Made by a program: the position numbers and the translations under genes
In this document: one piece after another, positions 19,624-29,601 of the stretch
How the letters are laid out: every line of letters starts with the position of its first letter
Numbering within the stretch: position 1 is the first letter of the stretch
Origin: an uncultured Acidobacteriota bacterium
GTDB lineage: Bacteria > Acidobacteriota > JAQAZP01
Direction of reading: 5' to 3'
Length of the DNA: 64,000 nt
Assembly: GCA_963836075.1 (NCBI GenBank)
Contig: CAWIIB010000009.1
Location: 1,472,001-1,536,000, forward strand
Notes under the pieces: model-generated
What the model saw: the letters and a program-made list of their open reading frames with translations, nothing else
Database searches by the model: none
What the model was told of the DNA's origin: nothing

Positions 19624-21213
19624 ATGAAGAAATTCAGTCGTTTATATGTCGCTCTGGCCGCTATGTTGCTGGTTGGCGCCTTCACGGTCAGTGAGCCCGT
19701 CACGGCGCTTACCGGAATGGCCTATGACGGCGTCCTGCTGGTGGACGACGCGTCGTTCTACTCCAACTACGGCGAGAGCATCGCTCTCAGCGGCGATTGG
19801 GCCTTTGTCGGCGCGCCCGATGACCAGATCGACGGGATGAACTACATGGGGTCGGTCTATGCCTTTGAAAAGACGGCCACGGGCTGGGTTGAGCGGCAAA
19901 AGCTCACCGCTTCGGACGGTTCGCTCTTTTACACCTTCGGGCACGCGCTTGCCGCCGATGGCCAGCGGCTGGTGGTGGGTGCGCCCAATACCCTGGGCGG
20001 CGGCAACGGTGGTGTCTATGTGTTCGAGTTCGACGGTTCCAGCTGGGTAGAGACTCAGATCCTGTCGGAGACCACCGGCTACAGTGGCGACTGGTTCGGC
20101 TGGTCGGTGGATATTCAGGGCGATCGCATTGCCGTCGGCTCCATGTGGTCCCGGCAGCCGGGCATCTACTGGGGCTCCGCGAACCACGCGGGCGCGGCCT
20201 GGGTTTTCCGCTACAACGGCACAAGCTGGGTCCTGGAACAGGAACTCGGCGCTTCGGATATGGACGGCTACGACCTCTTTGGCGTCTCGGTCGCTCTTGA
20301 CGACACGACGGTCATTGTCGGCGCCCGCGGGGAAGGTGACGACCTTGGCGGCGGAGATGTGCTGGGCTATATCGGAGCGGCCTATGTTTTCGACCTGGTC
20401 GGTGGGGTGTGGACGGAGACTCAAAAACTGCGGGCCAGCAACTTTGAGGAAAACGCCTGGTTTGGTGAAGCGGTGGCTCTGGACGGCGACTGGCTGCTGG
20501 TGGGTTCCCCCGGTAAAACCGGCGGCGGCATTTACGGCAAGGGCGCCTGCTACATGTTTCAGCGGACAGGAGGCGCCTGGGCCGAGACGGCCAAGATCGA
20601 ATCATACGCCACCAACCAGTATGGCCACGCGGTGGCCTTGCATGCCGACCTCGCCGTGATCGCCAGCTTTGGCCGCGATCAGCTGGGCAACGAGCAGGGT
20701 GCGGTTCACCCGCTGCGCCGCGATGGCATTCAGTGGAATCTGGAGCCGGCCATCAACACCGGCAACCTCGGCCCCTGGGACATCTTCGCCCAGGATGTCG
20801 ACCTCGATGGGACGCAGATGGCGACCTGTGCCTATGTGGAGTCGATGCCGCCGCCGAACAGCACGGGCGCTGGTGTTGTCTACGACCTGTCCGAGAGTTT
20901 CCACCTGATGGTCTCGCCGTACCCGCTGGATGTCATCGAGGACGCCAAACTGGAAGTGCGTTTCGGTGCGCCGGATAAAAATACGTGGATGCTTTACTCC
21001 TTGAGCGGCCCGGGCAGCACGCCTGTGCCGGCCCTGGGGGTCACCGTTGACCTGGTGAATCCGCGGCGACTGCTCACACCGTTGCAGACCGATGCCGCCG
21101 GCTACACCAAATGGGAGTTTCCGCTGCCTCCGGGTGCGCAGGGGCGTACCGTCTGGTTCCAGGGCGTGCAGGCGGGCCGGAAAACCAACCTGGTCATGGC
21201 CGAAATTCAGTAA
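19624..21213 (+). CDS. Secreted FG-GAP repeat (integrin-alpha-like beta-propeller) protein
   Basis: Signal peptide and about 7 repeats of FG.SVA.DGD...VGAP...G.AYVF......W.E.Q.L. AGGAG RBS. Confidence 0.85.
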   Translation: MKKFSRLYVALAAMLLVGAFTVSEPVTALTGMAYDGVLLVDDASFYSNYGESIALSGDWAFVGAPDDQIDGMNYMGSVYAFEKTATGWVERQKLTASDGSLFYTFGHALAADGQRLVVGAPNTLGGGNGGVYVFEFDGSSWVETQILSETTGYSGDWFGWSVDIQGDRIAVGSMWSRQPGIYWGSANHAGAAWVFRYNGTSWVLEQELGASDMDGYDLFGVSVALDDTTVIVGARGEGDDLGGGDVLGYIGAAYVFDLVGGVWTETQKLRASNFEENAWFGEAVALDGDWLLVGSPGKTGGGIYGKGACYMFQRTGGAWAETAKIESYATNQYGHAVALHADLAVIASFGRDQLGNEQGAVHPLRRDGIQWNLEPAINTGNLGPWDIFAQDVDLDGTQMATCAYVESMPPPNSTGAGVVYDLSESFHLMVSPYPLDVIEDAKLEVRFGAPDKNTWMLYSLSGPGSTPVPALGVTVDLVNPRRLLTPLQTDAAGYTKWEFPLPPGAQGRTVWFQGVQAGRKTNLVMAEIQ

Positions 21214-21229
21214 CCATTCGAAGCCCGGT

Positions 21230-21718
21230 TCACCCGATGCGCATGATCAGCGCCGGGTCGTCGCAGTTCTCCAGCAGGTGTGAGACCGTACGGCCCAGCT
21301 GCGGGTGCACGAGGTCCGGGGCCAGCTCGCCCAGCGGCGCGAGGACGAAGCGCCGCAGGTGCAGAGTGGGGTGGGGGACGGTGAGCCGGGGGTCGTCGAT
21401 GGTCAGGTCGCCGTAGAGCAGGATGTCCACGTCGGCGGTGCGGGCCCGGGTGGTGGTGAGACGCTTGCGGCCCATGGCCACCTCAACGTCGAGACAGCGG
21501 TCCAGCAGTTCGAAGGGGCCGAGGATGGTGGCGATCTCCACCGCCGAGTTGACGAACCACTCCGGCCCCGCCCCGTCCACCGGTTCGGTGAGCCAGAGCC
21601 CGGAGGAACGGGTGACCTGCAGGCCGGGCCCCTCCAGCAGCCGGGCCGCCTCCCGCACGTGGTTTGACTTGTTGCCCAGGTTCGAGCCGAGGCTGATGTA
21701 GGCGATGGTTTCCGTCAT
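21230..21718 (-). CDS. folK: 2-amino-4-hydroxy-6-hydroxymethyldihydropteridine diphosphokinase
   Basis: AYISLGSNLG, FVNSAV, RTADVDILLYG, LTVPHP and RRFVLAPL. Confidence 0.95.
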   Translation of the reverse strand: MTETIAYISLGSNLGNKSNHVREAARLLEGPGLQVTRSSGLWLTEPVDGAGPEWFVNSAVEIATILGPFELLDRCLDVEVAMGRKRLTTTRARTADVDILLYGDLTIDDPRLTVPHPTLHLRRFVLAPLGELAPDLVHPQLGRTVSHLLENCDDPALIMRIG

Positions 21719-23409
21719 CGTCCGGCCTCCGGCGCCGGGTAGGGGGGCAGCAGCTCCGATCCCCGTTCCGGGATGTCCTTCCCCACCACGAAGTGGTAGA
21801 GGCTCTGGGGCCCGCTGATTTCGTCACTGCCCAGCAGCTTGTGCACCCCGTCATCAAAGTAGCAGCCGATGCCGCAGCCCCTCAGGCCGGCGGCTTCGGC
21901 CTCCAGGTAGAGCACCTGGCCGATCATCCCCGCCTCCTGGTAGAGGCGGCGGTAGACCGGGGCGCCGAAACGCTCCAGGGCCGAATCCAGATTGGCGGTC
22001 ATGCCCAGGCTGAACAGGGCGTTACCGGCCATCTCCTGGCCGCAACTGAGGCCCTGGGCCAGGTCGGTGAGGTCACCGGCCAGATTGAGGAAGAGCGGCA
22101 GCCACTGTGGGCAGCCGGCCGGTTTCTGCCAGTCGAATTCCGGGTTGAGCTCCCGGGCCAGTTCCTGGTGGCCGCCCGGGCGGCGGACCAGGGTGTAGAG
22201 ACCGGGATCCAGCCCCTCCACCCGGTGCACGGTGAGGTGCAGGTCCACCAGCGGCCCGGAGCCGAGGGCGTCCCAGGGGCTGGCGAACCGTGAGGGCAGC
22301 AGACGGCCCAGCATGCGGAAGAACGTGCCGGCATCCATCCTCCCCCGGCGGTCCAGTGCGGTGGCGCTTCTGCGGCGGCGGATGATCTCCAGGGCGGGTG
22401 CGGGGTTACTGTCCGGATCGGATTTTTGTGATTTTTGGGCTTTGGCGGCAGGGCCGGGCTGCGGGACGTCCTCCAGACGGCAGGCATGCTCCACGGTGTC
22501 GATGGCCGGCCACTCGCGGTGCCGTCCGTGCTTCTCCGGGCACGCCGCCTCGCCTTCCCAGTCCCCCTGGGCGATCCGCTCCACCGCCGACTCAGGCAGG
22601 ATCCGGGCCGGCCAGTCTGCCGTCCCGCCCCCGGGAAACACCACGGCCAGCAGCTCCGGGGTCTCGCGCTCGTGGGCCGGGAGGTTCTGCTGACGGTGCA
22701 GGCCAAGGAGACCCAGCATCTGTTCGTGCGGCAGGTCCAGCAACTGCAGCCGCCAGCCCAGGGCGGCGGCGGAGAAGCGCAGGGCGGCCAGGGCGTGGCC
22801 GGCGTCGAGGCGGCAGTAGCGCCAGGCCCGCTCGCCGTATTTCCAGCTGCAGCGCCAGTGGATGGCGGTGATACCAACCAGAAACGCCTCTTCGGGCAGT
22901 TCGGCGGTCAACTGCTCCCAGAGGCCGCTCTCCAGCCGCTGGAGCCGCTCCAGGGCGTGATCCCGGGGCGAGTAGTGGTAGATCGCTGGCGTGTCTTCCA
23001 GGCCGGCCTGTCCGGGCAGAGCCAGGTAGGCCTCCAGGGGGTGCAGGTTGCCGCTGGAGGGATTGATCCGCAGGGCCCAGCAGGCCCCGGACCGCAGTTT
23101 CCAGGCTGACACGGCCAGTGAGTGGTGGAAGAAGCTGGAAACGCTCCCCGGTTCCAGTTCCAGTGGCGGCCGGTGCGGGCCGTACAGGGTGCTATACTCC
23201 GGCCCCTGTTCCGCTCCCCGCGGGTCAAGGGGTATTTTGTGGGTGCCGCTGTAGTTGCGGAATTCCTCGGGCTGGCTGGCCCAGTCCATCCGCCCCGGGC
23301 CGGGGGCAAAGGCGCGGAAGTGGTGTTTGGTCCGCTGGTGATACCAGTGGACGACCTCTTCCCGACTGCTGGTTTCCGGTGGGGGCGGGGGCCCGTTCCT
23401 GCTGCTCAT
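21715..23409 (-). CDS. SagB/ThcOx-family nitroreductase (tandem domains)
   Basis: YHQRTKH, LRINPSSGNLHPLEAY, WKYGERAWRY..LDAGH, IIRRRRSA and EAGMIGQVLYLEAEA.GLRGCGIGCYFDD. Start taken at MSSRNG. Confidence 0.88.
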   Translation of the reverse strand: MSSRNGPPPPPETSSREEVVHWYHQRTKHHFRAFAPGPGRMDWASQPEEFRNYSGTHKIPLDPRGAEQGPEYSTLYGPHRPPLELEPGSVSSFFHHSLAVSAWKLRSGACWALRINPSSGNLHPLEAYLALPGQAGLEDTPAIYHYSPRDHALERLQRLESGLWEQLTAELPEEAFLVGITAIHWRCSWKYGERAWRYCRLDAGHALAALRFSAAALGWRLQLLDLPHEQMLGLLGLHRQQNLPAHERETPELLAVVFPGGGTADWPARILPESAVERIAQGDWEGEAACPEKHGRHREWPAIDTVEHACRLEDVPQPGPAAKAQKSQKSDPDSNPAPALEIIRRRRSATALDRRGRMDAGTFFRMLGRLLPSRFASPWDALGSGPLVDLHLTVHRVEGLDPGLYTLVRRPGGHQELARELNPEFDWQKPAGCPQWLPLFLNLAGDLTDLAQGLSCGQEMAGNALFSLGMTANLDSALERFGAPVYRRLYQEAGMIGQVLYLEAEAAGLRGCGIGCYFDDGVHKLLGSDEISGPQSLYHFVVGKDIPERGSELLPPYPAPEAGR

Positions 23410-23518
23410 GGCCTGTCGGCGGTTCGTGATGCGGCGGCTGGCCTCGCCAGCCCCGGGGGTGACAATTCTCTCTGAGTGCAAAAGGCTATCATTGGCGCCG
23501 GAACAATGCAATTTTGGT

Positions 23519-23547
23519 TTGACAGATCAGGGGCCGTATGGTAAAAG
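23519..23547 (+). promoter_or_regulatory. Putative sigma70 promoter of the rplU operon
   Basis: TTGACA-17 bp-TAAAAG with an extended TG. Confidence 0.5.
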
Positions 23548-23600
23548 AATCCCCTTTCGGCAACACGCTGGCCGTGCAAGAAGGTGAATTGGAGAAAACG

Positions 23601-23912
23601 ATGTACGCCATTATCAATTCCGGCGGCAAACAGTTCCGGGTGGAGGAAGGTGAAACCCTCCGACTGGAAAAGCTGGATGCCCAGCCCGGAGACAAGATCG
23701 AGCTGGACCAGGTCCTCTTTGTCAAGACCGAGGATGGAGTGAAGGTGGGTGCCCCCCTGGTGGAGAACGCCAAGGTCACCGCCACCATTCTCGCCGAAGG
23801 CAAGGGACGCAAGGTCATTATCTTCAAGAAGAAGCGCAGGAAGCAGTACCGCCGCAAGACCGGGCATCGTCAGCTCTACACCGAGGTGCTGGTCGATTCG
23901 ATTACGGTCTGA
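23601..23912 (+). CDS. rplU: 50S ribosomal protein L21
   Basis: [14 protein letters not shown]...[23 protein letters not shown]. Confidence 0.98.
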   Translation: MYAIINSGGKQFRVEEGETLRLEKLDAQPGDKIELDQVLFVKTEDGVKVGAPLVENAKVTATILAEGKGRKVIIFKKKRRKQYRRKTGHRQLYTEVLVDSITV

Positions 23913-23971
23913 TCGTACTGCGGCTGAGCGGCGGCGCCGGCAGGTTGCCGGCGGGGCGCCAGGAGAATCTC

Positions 23972-24232
23972 ATGGCTCACAAAAAGGCGGGAGGAAGCTC
24001 CCGAAACGGCAGGGACAGTAATGCCCAGCGTCTGGGTGTCAAACGCTTCTCGGGTCAGACCGTGAGCGGTGGCTCGATCCTGGTCCGCCAGCGGGGCACC
24101 AGGTTCAAACCAGGAAAGAACGTGGGTCGGGGCAAGGACGACACGTTGTTTGCCAAGATCGGCGGTTTGGTCAAATTCGAGGATAAGGGCCGGCAGGGCC
24201 GTTTCATCAGCGTATATCCCCAGTCTGCCTGA
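23972..24232 (+). CDS. rpmA: 50S ribosomal protein L27
   Basis: [21 protein letters not shown]...RQRGT. AGGAG RBS. Confidence 0.98.
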   Translation: MAHKKAGGSSRNGRDSNAQRLGVKRFSGQTVSGGSILVRQRGTRFKPGKNVGRGKDDTLFAKIGGLVKFEDKGRQGRFISVYPQSA

Positions 24233-25327
<1,095 letters not shown>

Positions 25328-25349
25328 GCGCTGACAGCGCGGGAGGACC

Positions 25350-26000
25350 ATGCTCAAGGTCGGGCTGTTTGGCGGGACATTCGATCCCATACACCGTGGC
25401 CACCTGGAGATGGCCGGCCGGGCCCTCACTGTTTTCGGCCTGGACCGGATCTGGTTCATCCCCTGCAGGATTCCGCCGCACAAGGATGCATCGGGGGTCA
25501 GCGACCCCTATCACCGTTACGCCATGGTGGCGCTGGCCACCCAGGACAACCAGCGCTTCGTGCCTTCAGCCATGGAACTGCGGTCCACGGGCACGTCGTA
25601 CACCATTCGTACGGTGAGCCGGGTCCGTGACCTGCTGGGACCCGGTGCTGAGATATACTTTCTGATGGGCATGGATTCCTGGCGGGAGATCGAGACCTGG
25701 AAGGATTACCGCCGGTTGCTGGACAGCTGCAGCGTCATTTTGCTGCCGCGAGGCGGCAAGGAGGAGCCGGAGACCGCTCCCGCCATCATCGAGGTCCGCG
25801 ATACCGGTGATGGCGACCCGCCGGCCTTGCCCGAGGGGCCGGCCGTGTTCAGCCTGGTGACCGGGGAGGTAACCGTCTCCTCCACCTCGGTCAGGGAAAT
25901 GGCCGTCCAGGGCGAACCGCTCACCGGGCTGGTTCCGGAAAGCGTTGAGCGATATCTGAAGAAACATGATCTGTATGGGAAGACCGCTGCCGGCCTCTGA
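25350..26000 (+). CDS. nadD: Nicotinate-nucleotide adenylyltransferase
   Basis: GGTFDPIHRGH, PPHK, SYT, LMGMDS and SSTSVR. Confidence 0.95.
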   Translation: MLKVGLFGGTFDPIHRGHLEMAGRALTVFGLDRIWFIPCRIPPHKDASGVSDPYHRYAMVALATQDNQRFVPSAMELRSTGTSYTIRTVSRVRDLLGPGAEIYFLMGMDSWREIETWKDYRRLLDSCSVILLPRGGKEEPETAPAIIEVRDTGDGDPPALPEGPAVFSLVTGEVTVSSTSVREMAVQGEPLTGLVPESVERYLKKHDLYGKTAAGL

Positions 26001-26027
26001 GCCCGCGGCGCGGTCGAGCGAGGTAAC

Positions 26028-26432
26028 GTGCTCGAAAAGAAGATGATCCCCGATGGGGAGACGCAAAAACATCTCCAGTCCGCCAGCCGGGCGGCCGAAG
26101 AGAAACTGGCCAGCAATGTGGCGGTGCTCGACCTGCGGGGGCTGGCATCGTTCACCGATTATTTCCTCATCTGTCACGGCCGGTCGGAGAGGCAGGTCCA
26201 GGCCATTGCCGACCAGGTGATGGACGATCTGAGGGATGAGAAACAGCGCCCCCTGAGCGTGGAAGGGTACCGGTTGGCGGAGTGGATTCTCATCGATTAC
26301 GGTGATTTTGTGGTCCACGTTTTCTCCGAGAGCCGGCGGGAATTTTATGGTCTTGAACGGCTATGGAGTGATGCACCTTTGATCTTCCGGTCGGCGGAAG
26401 GAACAACCCGGGAGGAAGCCTCCTCACCCTGA
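26028..26432 (+). CDS. rsfS: Ribosome silencing factor
   Basis: FTDYFLICHG.S.RQV, WILIDYGDFVVHVF...R.FY.LE.LW. Start is either 26028 (GTG) or 26043. Confidence 0.95.
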   Translation: MLEKKMIPDGETQKHLQSASRAAEEKLASNVAVLDLRGLASFTDYFLICHGRSERQVQAIADQVMDDLRDEKQRPLSVEGYRLAEWILIDYGDFVVHVFSESRREFYGLERLWSDAPLIFRSAEGTTREEASSP

Positions 26433-26496
26433 CCCGGGCACTGCGCCCGGGCGAAACAGAGGCCGGTGACGGCCGGGAGTTAGCGGAGAATCAGAC

Positions 26497-27139
26497 ATGG
26501 CAACAAAAAAGAAAGCAGCGAAGAAGGCTGCGCCCAAAAAGGCCGCAGTGAAGAAAACCGCAGCGAAAAAAAAGGTCGTGAAAAAGGCTGCGCCGAAAAA
26601 AGCCGCGGTGAAGAAGAAGGCCGTGAAAAAGGCCGCGCCGAAAAAAGCCGCGGTGAAGAAGAAGGCCGTGAAAAAGGCCGCACCGAAAAAAGCCGCGGTA
26701 AAGAAGAAGGCTGTGGCAAAAAAGGCTGTGGTAAAGAAGGTTGCGCCAAAGAAAAAACCTGCGCGGAAGAAGAAGTCGCAGATGAAGAAGTACGGCCAGG
26801 TACTATTCGGCACTGAGCGAAAAGCGGAAGCACCTCACCGAGGGGCTGAGCAAGAGCAGGTCCGAAGTTCAGAGCCACAGCGCCAACGACGGCATTCGCG
26901 ACTATGCCGACGTGGCCCAGCGGGCCTACACCAAGGAGTTCCTTTACTCGCTCAGCGCCGCGGAACGCCGGCTGCTGCAGCTGGTGGACGAGGCCCGGAC
27001 CCGGATCGAGAACGGCGAGTATGGCTTCTGCGCCAACTGCGGCAATGCCGTGCAGGTGAAGCGGCTCGACGCCATCCCTTGGGCCCGCCACTGCATCCAG
27101 TGCCAGGAACTGTGGGACGAGGGCAAACTGCACGACTGA
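26497..27139 (+). CDS. dksA: DksA/TraR-family C4 zinc-finger protein with a histone-like Lys/Ala N-terminus, split by a +1 frameshift near 26794
   Basis: Frame 1 (26497 onward) encodes KKAAPKKAAVKK repeats. Frame 2 (open 26786-27139) encodes a coiled coil with a DYADVA tip, RIENGEYGFCANC and RLDAIPWARHCIQCQ. Removing one base at TACGGCC fuses the two frames. Confidence 0.8.
26578..26712 (+). repeat. Three near-perfect 45-bp coding tandem repeats (VKKAAPKKAAVKKKA)
   Basis: Units start at 26578, 26623 and 26668 and differ only at synonymous positions. Confidence 0.9.
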
Positions 27140-27145
27140 AACGAT

Positions 27146-27156
27146 GTGATATAATA
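27146..27156 (+). promoter_or_regulatory. Extended -10 promoter upstream of the lapB-like gene
   Basis: TGTGATATAAT (TGn-TATAAT) just after the dksA stop. Confidence 0.45.
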
Positions 27157-27286
27157 TGCCGGATTCCGTCCGGCGGCCGGCAGATAGTAATCGCGCACCG
27201 GTGACCGGGACTTCCAGGGCCAGCACCCGCAGTTGGCCGTCACCTTCCTTGGCGTGCGCCGTTGCGGGCGACGGACCGGGGGTATC

Positions 27287-28693
27287 ATGAATCTCAAGGC
27301 CTTTCTCGTTCTTCTCGCCGCGCTGGTGCTTGTTTTCGGCACCTCCTTCCTGATCATCGGAAACCACGAAGTCCTCAAGCAGGACTTTACGGTGTACAAG
27401 GATCTCGTGATCCCGATGTACATCATGCTCGCCCTGTCCTTTGGGTGCGGCCTGCTGATCTCCTTTGTCTGGATCCTGCTCAGCGGGTTCCGGACCTCGT
27501 TCATCAACTGGCGGCGCAACCGCCAGTTGCGGGCCGGAGAGGCGGTGGAACTGGAATATGGCCGGGGGGTGGAGGAGATCCTCAGCGGCCGGGACGAGAT
27601 GGCCTTGAAGCACTTCCAGAAAGCGCTGGAGCGTGACCCGAAGCACCTCAAGTCGTTGCTGCGGTCGGGCGAGACGGAACGGAAACTGGGCCGTCTGGAC
27701 GAGGCGGCTGAACTGCACCAGAAGGCCCACCACCTGGCCGAAGAAGAGGTGGCCCCGCTGTACGCCCTGGCCGATGATTACGAGGCCATGGAGGACTGGG
27801 GCCGGCTGGAAAACTGCCTGAAGAAGATCGTGGAACTGAAGCCCAAGGTCAGTTTCACCTCGTATCGCCGCCTGCGGGATCTCTACATCCGTCTTAATCG
27901 CTGGGAGGAGGCCGAAGCGGTGCAGAGCCGCATCCACTCCTGGCGGGGACGTGACGGCGGGGTCAAGGACGAGGAGAACGAACTGCTGGGGATCCGTTAT
28001 CAGCTCGGCCAGCAGAAAAGGGCCGCCATGCAGCTCAAGGAGGCGATCTCGGAGTTCCGCAAGCTGCTTAAAAAGCGGCCCGATTTCATCCCGGCCCACC
28101 TGGCCATGGGCGAAACGCAGCTGGAGAACGAGAACCACCGCCTGGCCCTGGAAACCTGGGAAAAGGGCTTCCTGGCCACCAACTCTCCCATTTTCCTCGA
28201 GCGGATCTCGGAGTTTCTGCTGGAGCGCGACGACCCGCAGACGGCCATCGAGATTCACCGCCGGGTGGCCGCCCGGTCACGCAAGGACATCATCTCCCGT
28301 TTCATGCTCGGCAAGCTGTACTACCGCCTGGAGATGGTGGACGACGCCAACGACGTCTTCATTTCCCTGCGGGAGGAGATGGCCCATTCACCCACTCTGC
28401 ACTACCTGCTGGCGCGCATCCAGCAGCGGCGGGGCGACTTCGAGGGGGCGGTGAACTCGTACCGCCAGGTGATTCGCGAGCTGCAGTCCGTGGAACTGAA
28501 CTACGAGTGCACCAGCTGCCACACCGAGTACGAGAACTGGACCGACCGCTGCGCCGGTTGCAACTCCTGGGGCACCATCGAGGTGCTGATGAAGGAGAAC
28601 GTCGCGGCCGAGGCGCTGGGGTTGAGCAGCCGCCCGATCTATCTCCCCCGGCGGGATGACCGGTTGCTGCTGGGCGGCAAAAGTCCGGTCTGA
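27287..28693 (+). CDS. LPS assembly protein LapB (YciM)-like TPR protein with an N-terminal LapA-like two-TM region
   Basis: Two N-terminal TM helices, multiple TPRs and a C-terminal rubredoxin-like YECTSC...W..RCAGCNSWGTI. Confidence 0.78.
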   Translation: MNLKAFLVLLAALVLVFGTSFLIIGNHEVLKQDFTVYKDLVIPMYIMLALSFGCGLLISFVWILLSGFRTSFINWRRNRQLRAGEAVELEYGRGVEEILSGRDEMALKHFQKALERDPKHLKSLLRSGETERKLGRLDEAAELHQKAHHLAEEEVAPLYALADDYEAMEDWGRLENCLKKIVELKPKVSFTSYRRLRDLYIRLNRWEEAEAVQSRIHSWRGRDGGVKDEENELLGIRYQLGQQKRAAMQLKEAISEFRKLLKKRPDFIPAHLAMGETQLENENHRLALETWEKGFLATNSPIFLERISEFLLERDDPQTAIEIHRRVAARSRKDIISRFMLGKLYYRLEMVDDANDVFISLREEMAHSPTLHYLLARIQQRRGDFEGAVNSYRQVIRELQSVELNYECTSCHTEYENWTDRCAGCNSWGTIEVLMKENVAAEALGLSSRPIYLPRRDDRLLLGGKSPV

Positions 28694-28768
28694 ACCCGAG
28701 CCCTGCTTCACTCGCCTGCCACCCTGGCTGACAGTTGCGTCACGCCTGATCCCTGTACCCCGATACCC

Positions 28769-29557
28769 ATGGCCGGGCATCACCGCAGACCTGCGAGACC
28801 TCTTATCGCCGCGGCGCTCCGCCGGGCCGGACAGGCTTCCGCTGCGGCAGCCACCGTCCTGGTGGAGGGCGCCCTTGCCCTGCTCTATCCGCCGGCCTGC
28901 GCCGTGTGTGACACGCCCCTTGCCGGCCACGACGGTTTGCGTGCCGGGTTCTGCTGCCGCTGTCTGGCCGCCATGCCGCTGGTCCGGGAGACCGATTCGC
29001 CGGGCGCGGCGGTGGCTTCGGCGGAGGCCGGGTTCCCGGTGGCGGCGGCGGGGGAATATGGCGGCCCGCTGCGCGATGCTGTCCACCTGCTGAAATACTC
29101 CCGCCGGGACGATCTGGCCCGGCCACTGGCCGCCCTGATGGGCGACCTGGTGATCCGGCTGGAGCGCGAGCGGGGAGGTGCCTGGACACGGTCCCGGCTG
29201 CTGGTGCCGGTGCCGCTTCACCCGGGACGGGAGCGGCAGCGGGGATACAACCAGGCGCGGCTGCTGGCCGCCCGGCTTTCCCGCCGTTTTGGCATTCCTC
29301 TGGCCCCCGGGAGGGCCCTGCGCCGGCGCTGGCGCACCGTGCCCCAGACCGGCCGCGGGGCGGGCTGGCGGCGGGAAAACATGCGTGGAGCCTTTCGCGC
29401 CGGCTGGCGCAAGGGTCTGGCCGGAAAACGGGTGCTGCTGGTGGATGACGTGATCACCACCGGAGCGACGCTGGAAGCGTGCGCCGCAGCGTTGCGCGCT
29501 GCCGGCGCCGGCCCGGTGACCGGACTGGTGCTGGCCCGCACCCCGAAGAAAAAATGA
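28769..29557 (+). CDS. comF: ComF/GntX family phosphoribosyltransferase-like protein
   Basis: YPPACAVC...CCRC zinc ribbon, VPVPLH..R...RGYNQA and VLLVDDVITTGAT. Confidence 0.9.
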   Translation: MAGHHRRPARPLIAAALRRAGQASAAAATVLVEGALALLYPPACAVCDTPLAGHDGLRAGFCCRCLAAMPLVRETDSPGAAVASAEAGFPVAAAGEYGGPLRDAVHLLKYSRRDDLARPLAALMGDLVIRLERERGGAWTRSRLLVPVPLHPGRERQRGYNQARLLAARLSRRFGIPLAPGRALRRRWRTVPQTGRGAGWRRENMRGAFRAGWRKGLAGKRVLLVDDVITTGATLEACAAALRAAGAGPVTGLVLARTPKKK

Positions 29558-29601
29558 CGGGGAACCCGTCATGACAAGAGGTGTCACCACTTGTCATGCC
29601 C

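Noticed and set aside
21715-23409. SagB-like dehydrogenase as part of a RiPP (azole) cluster
   Set aside because: No YcaO or precursor peptide is nearby, and the gene is coupled to folK.
26912-27139. 75-aa stand-alone TraR starting at GTG 26912
   Set aside because: This start would remove the DxxD tip and first helix, which are encoded upstream in the same frame, and it has no RBS.
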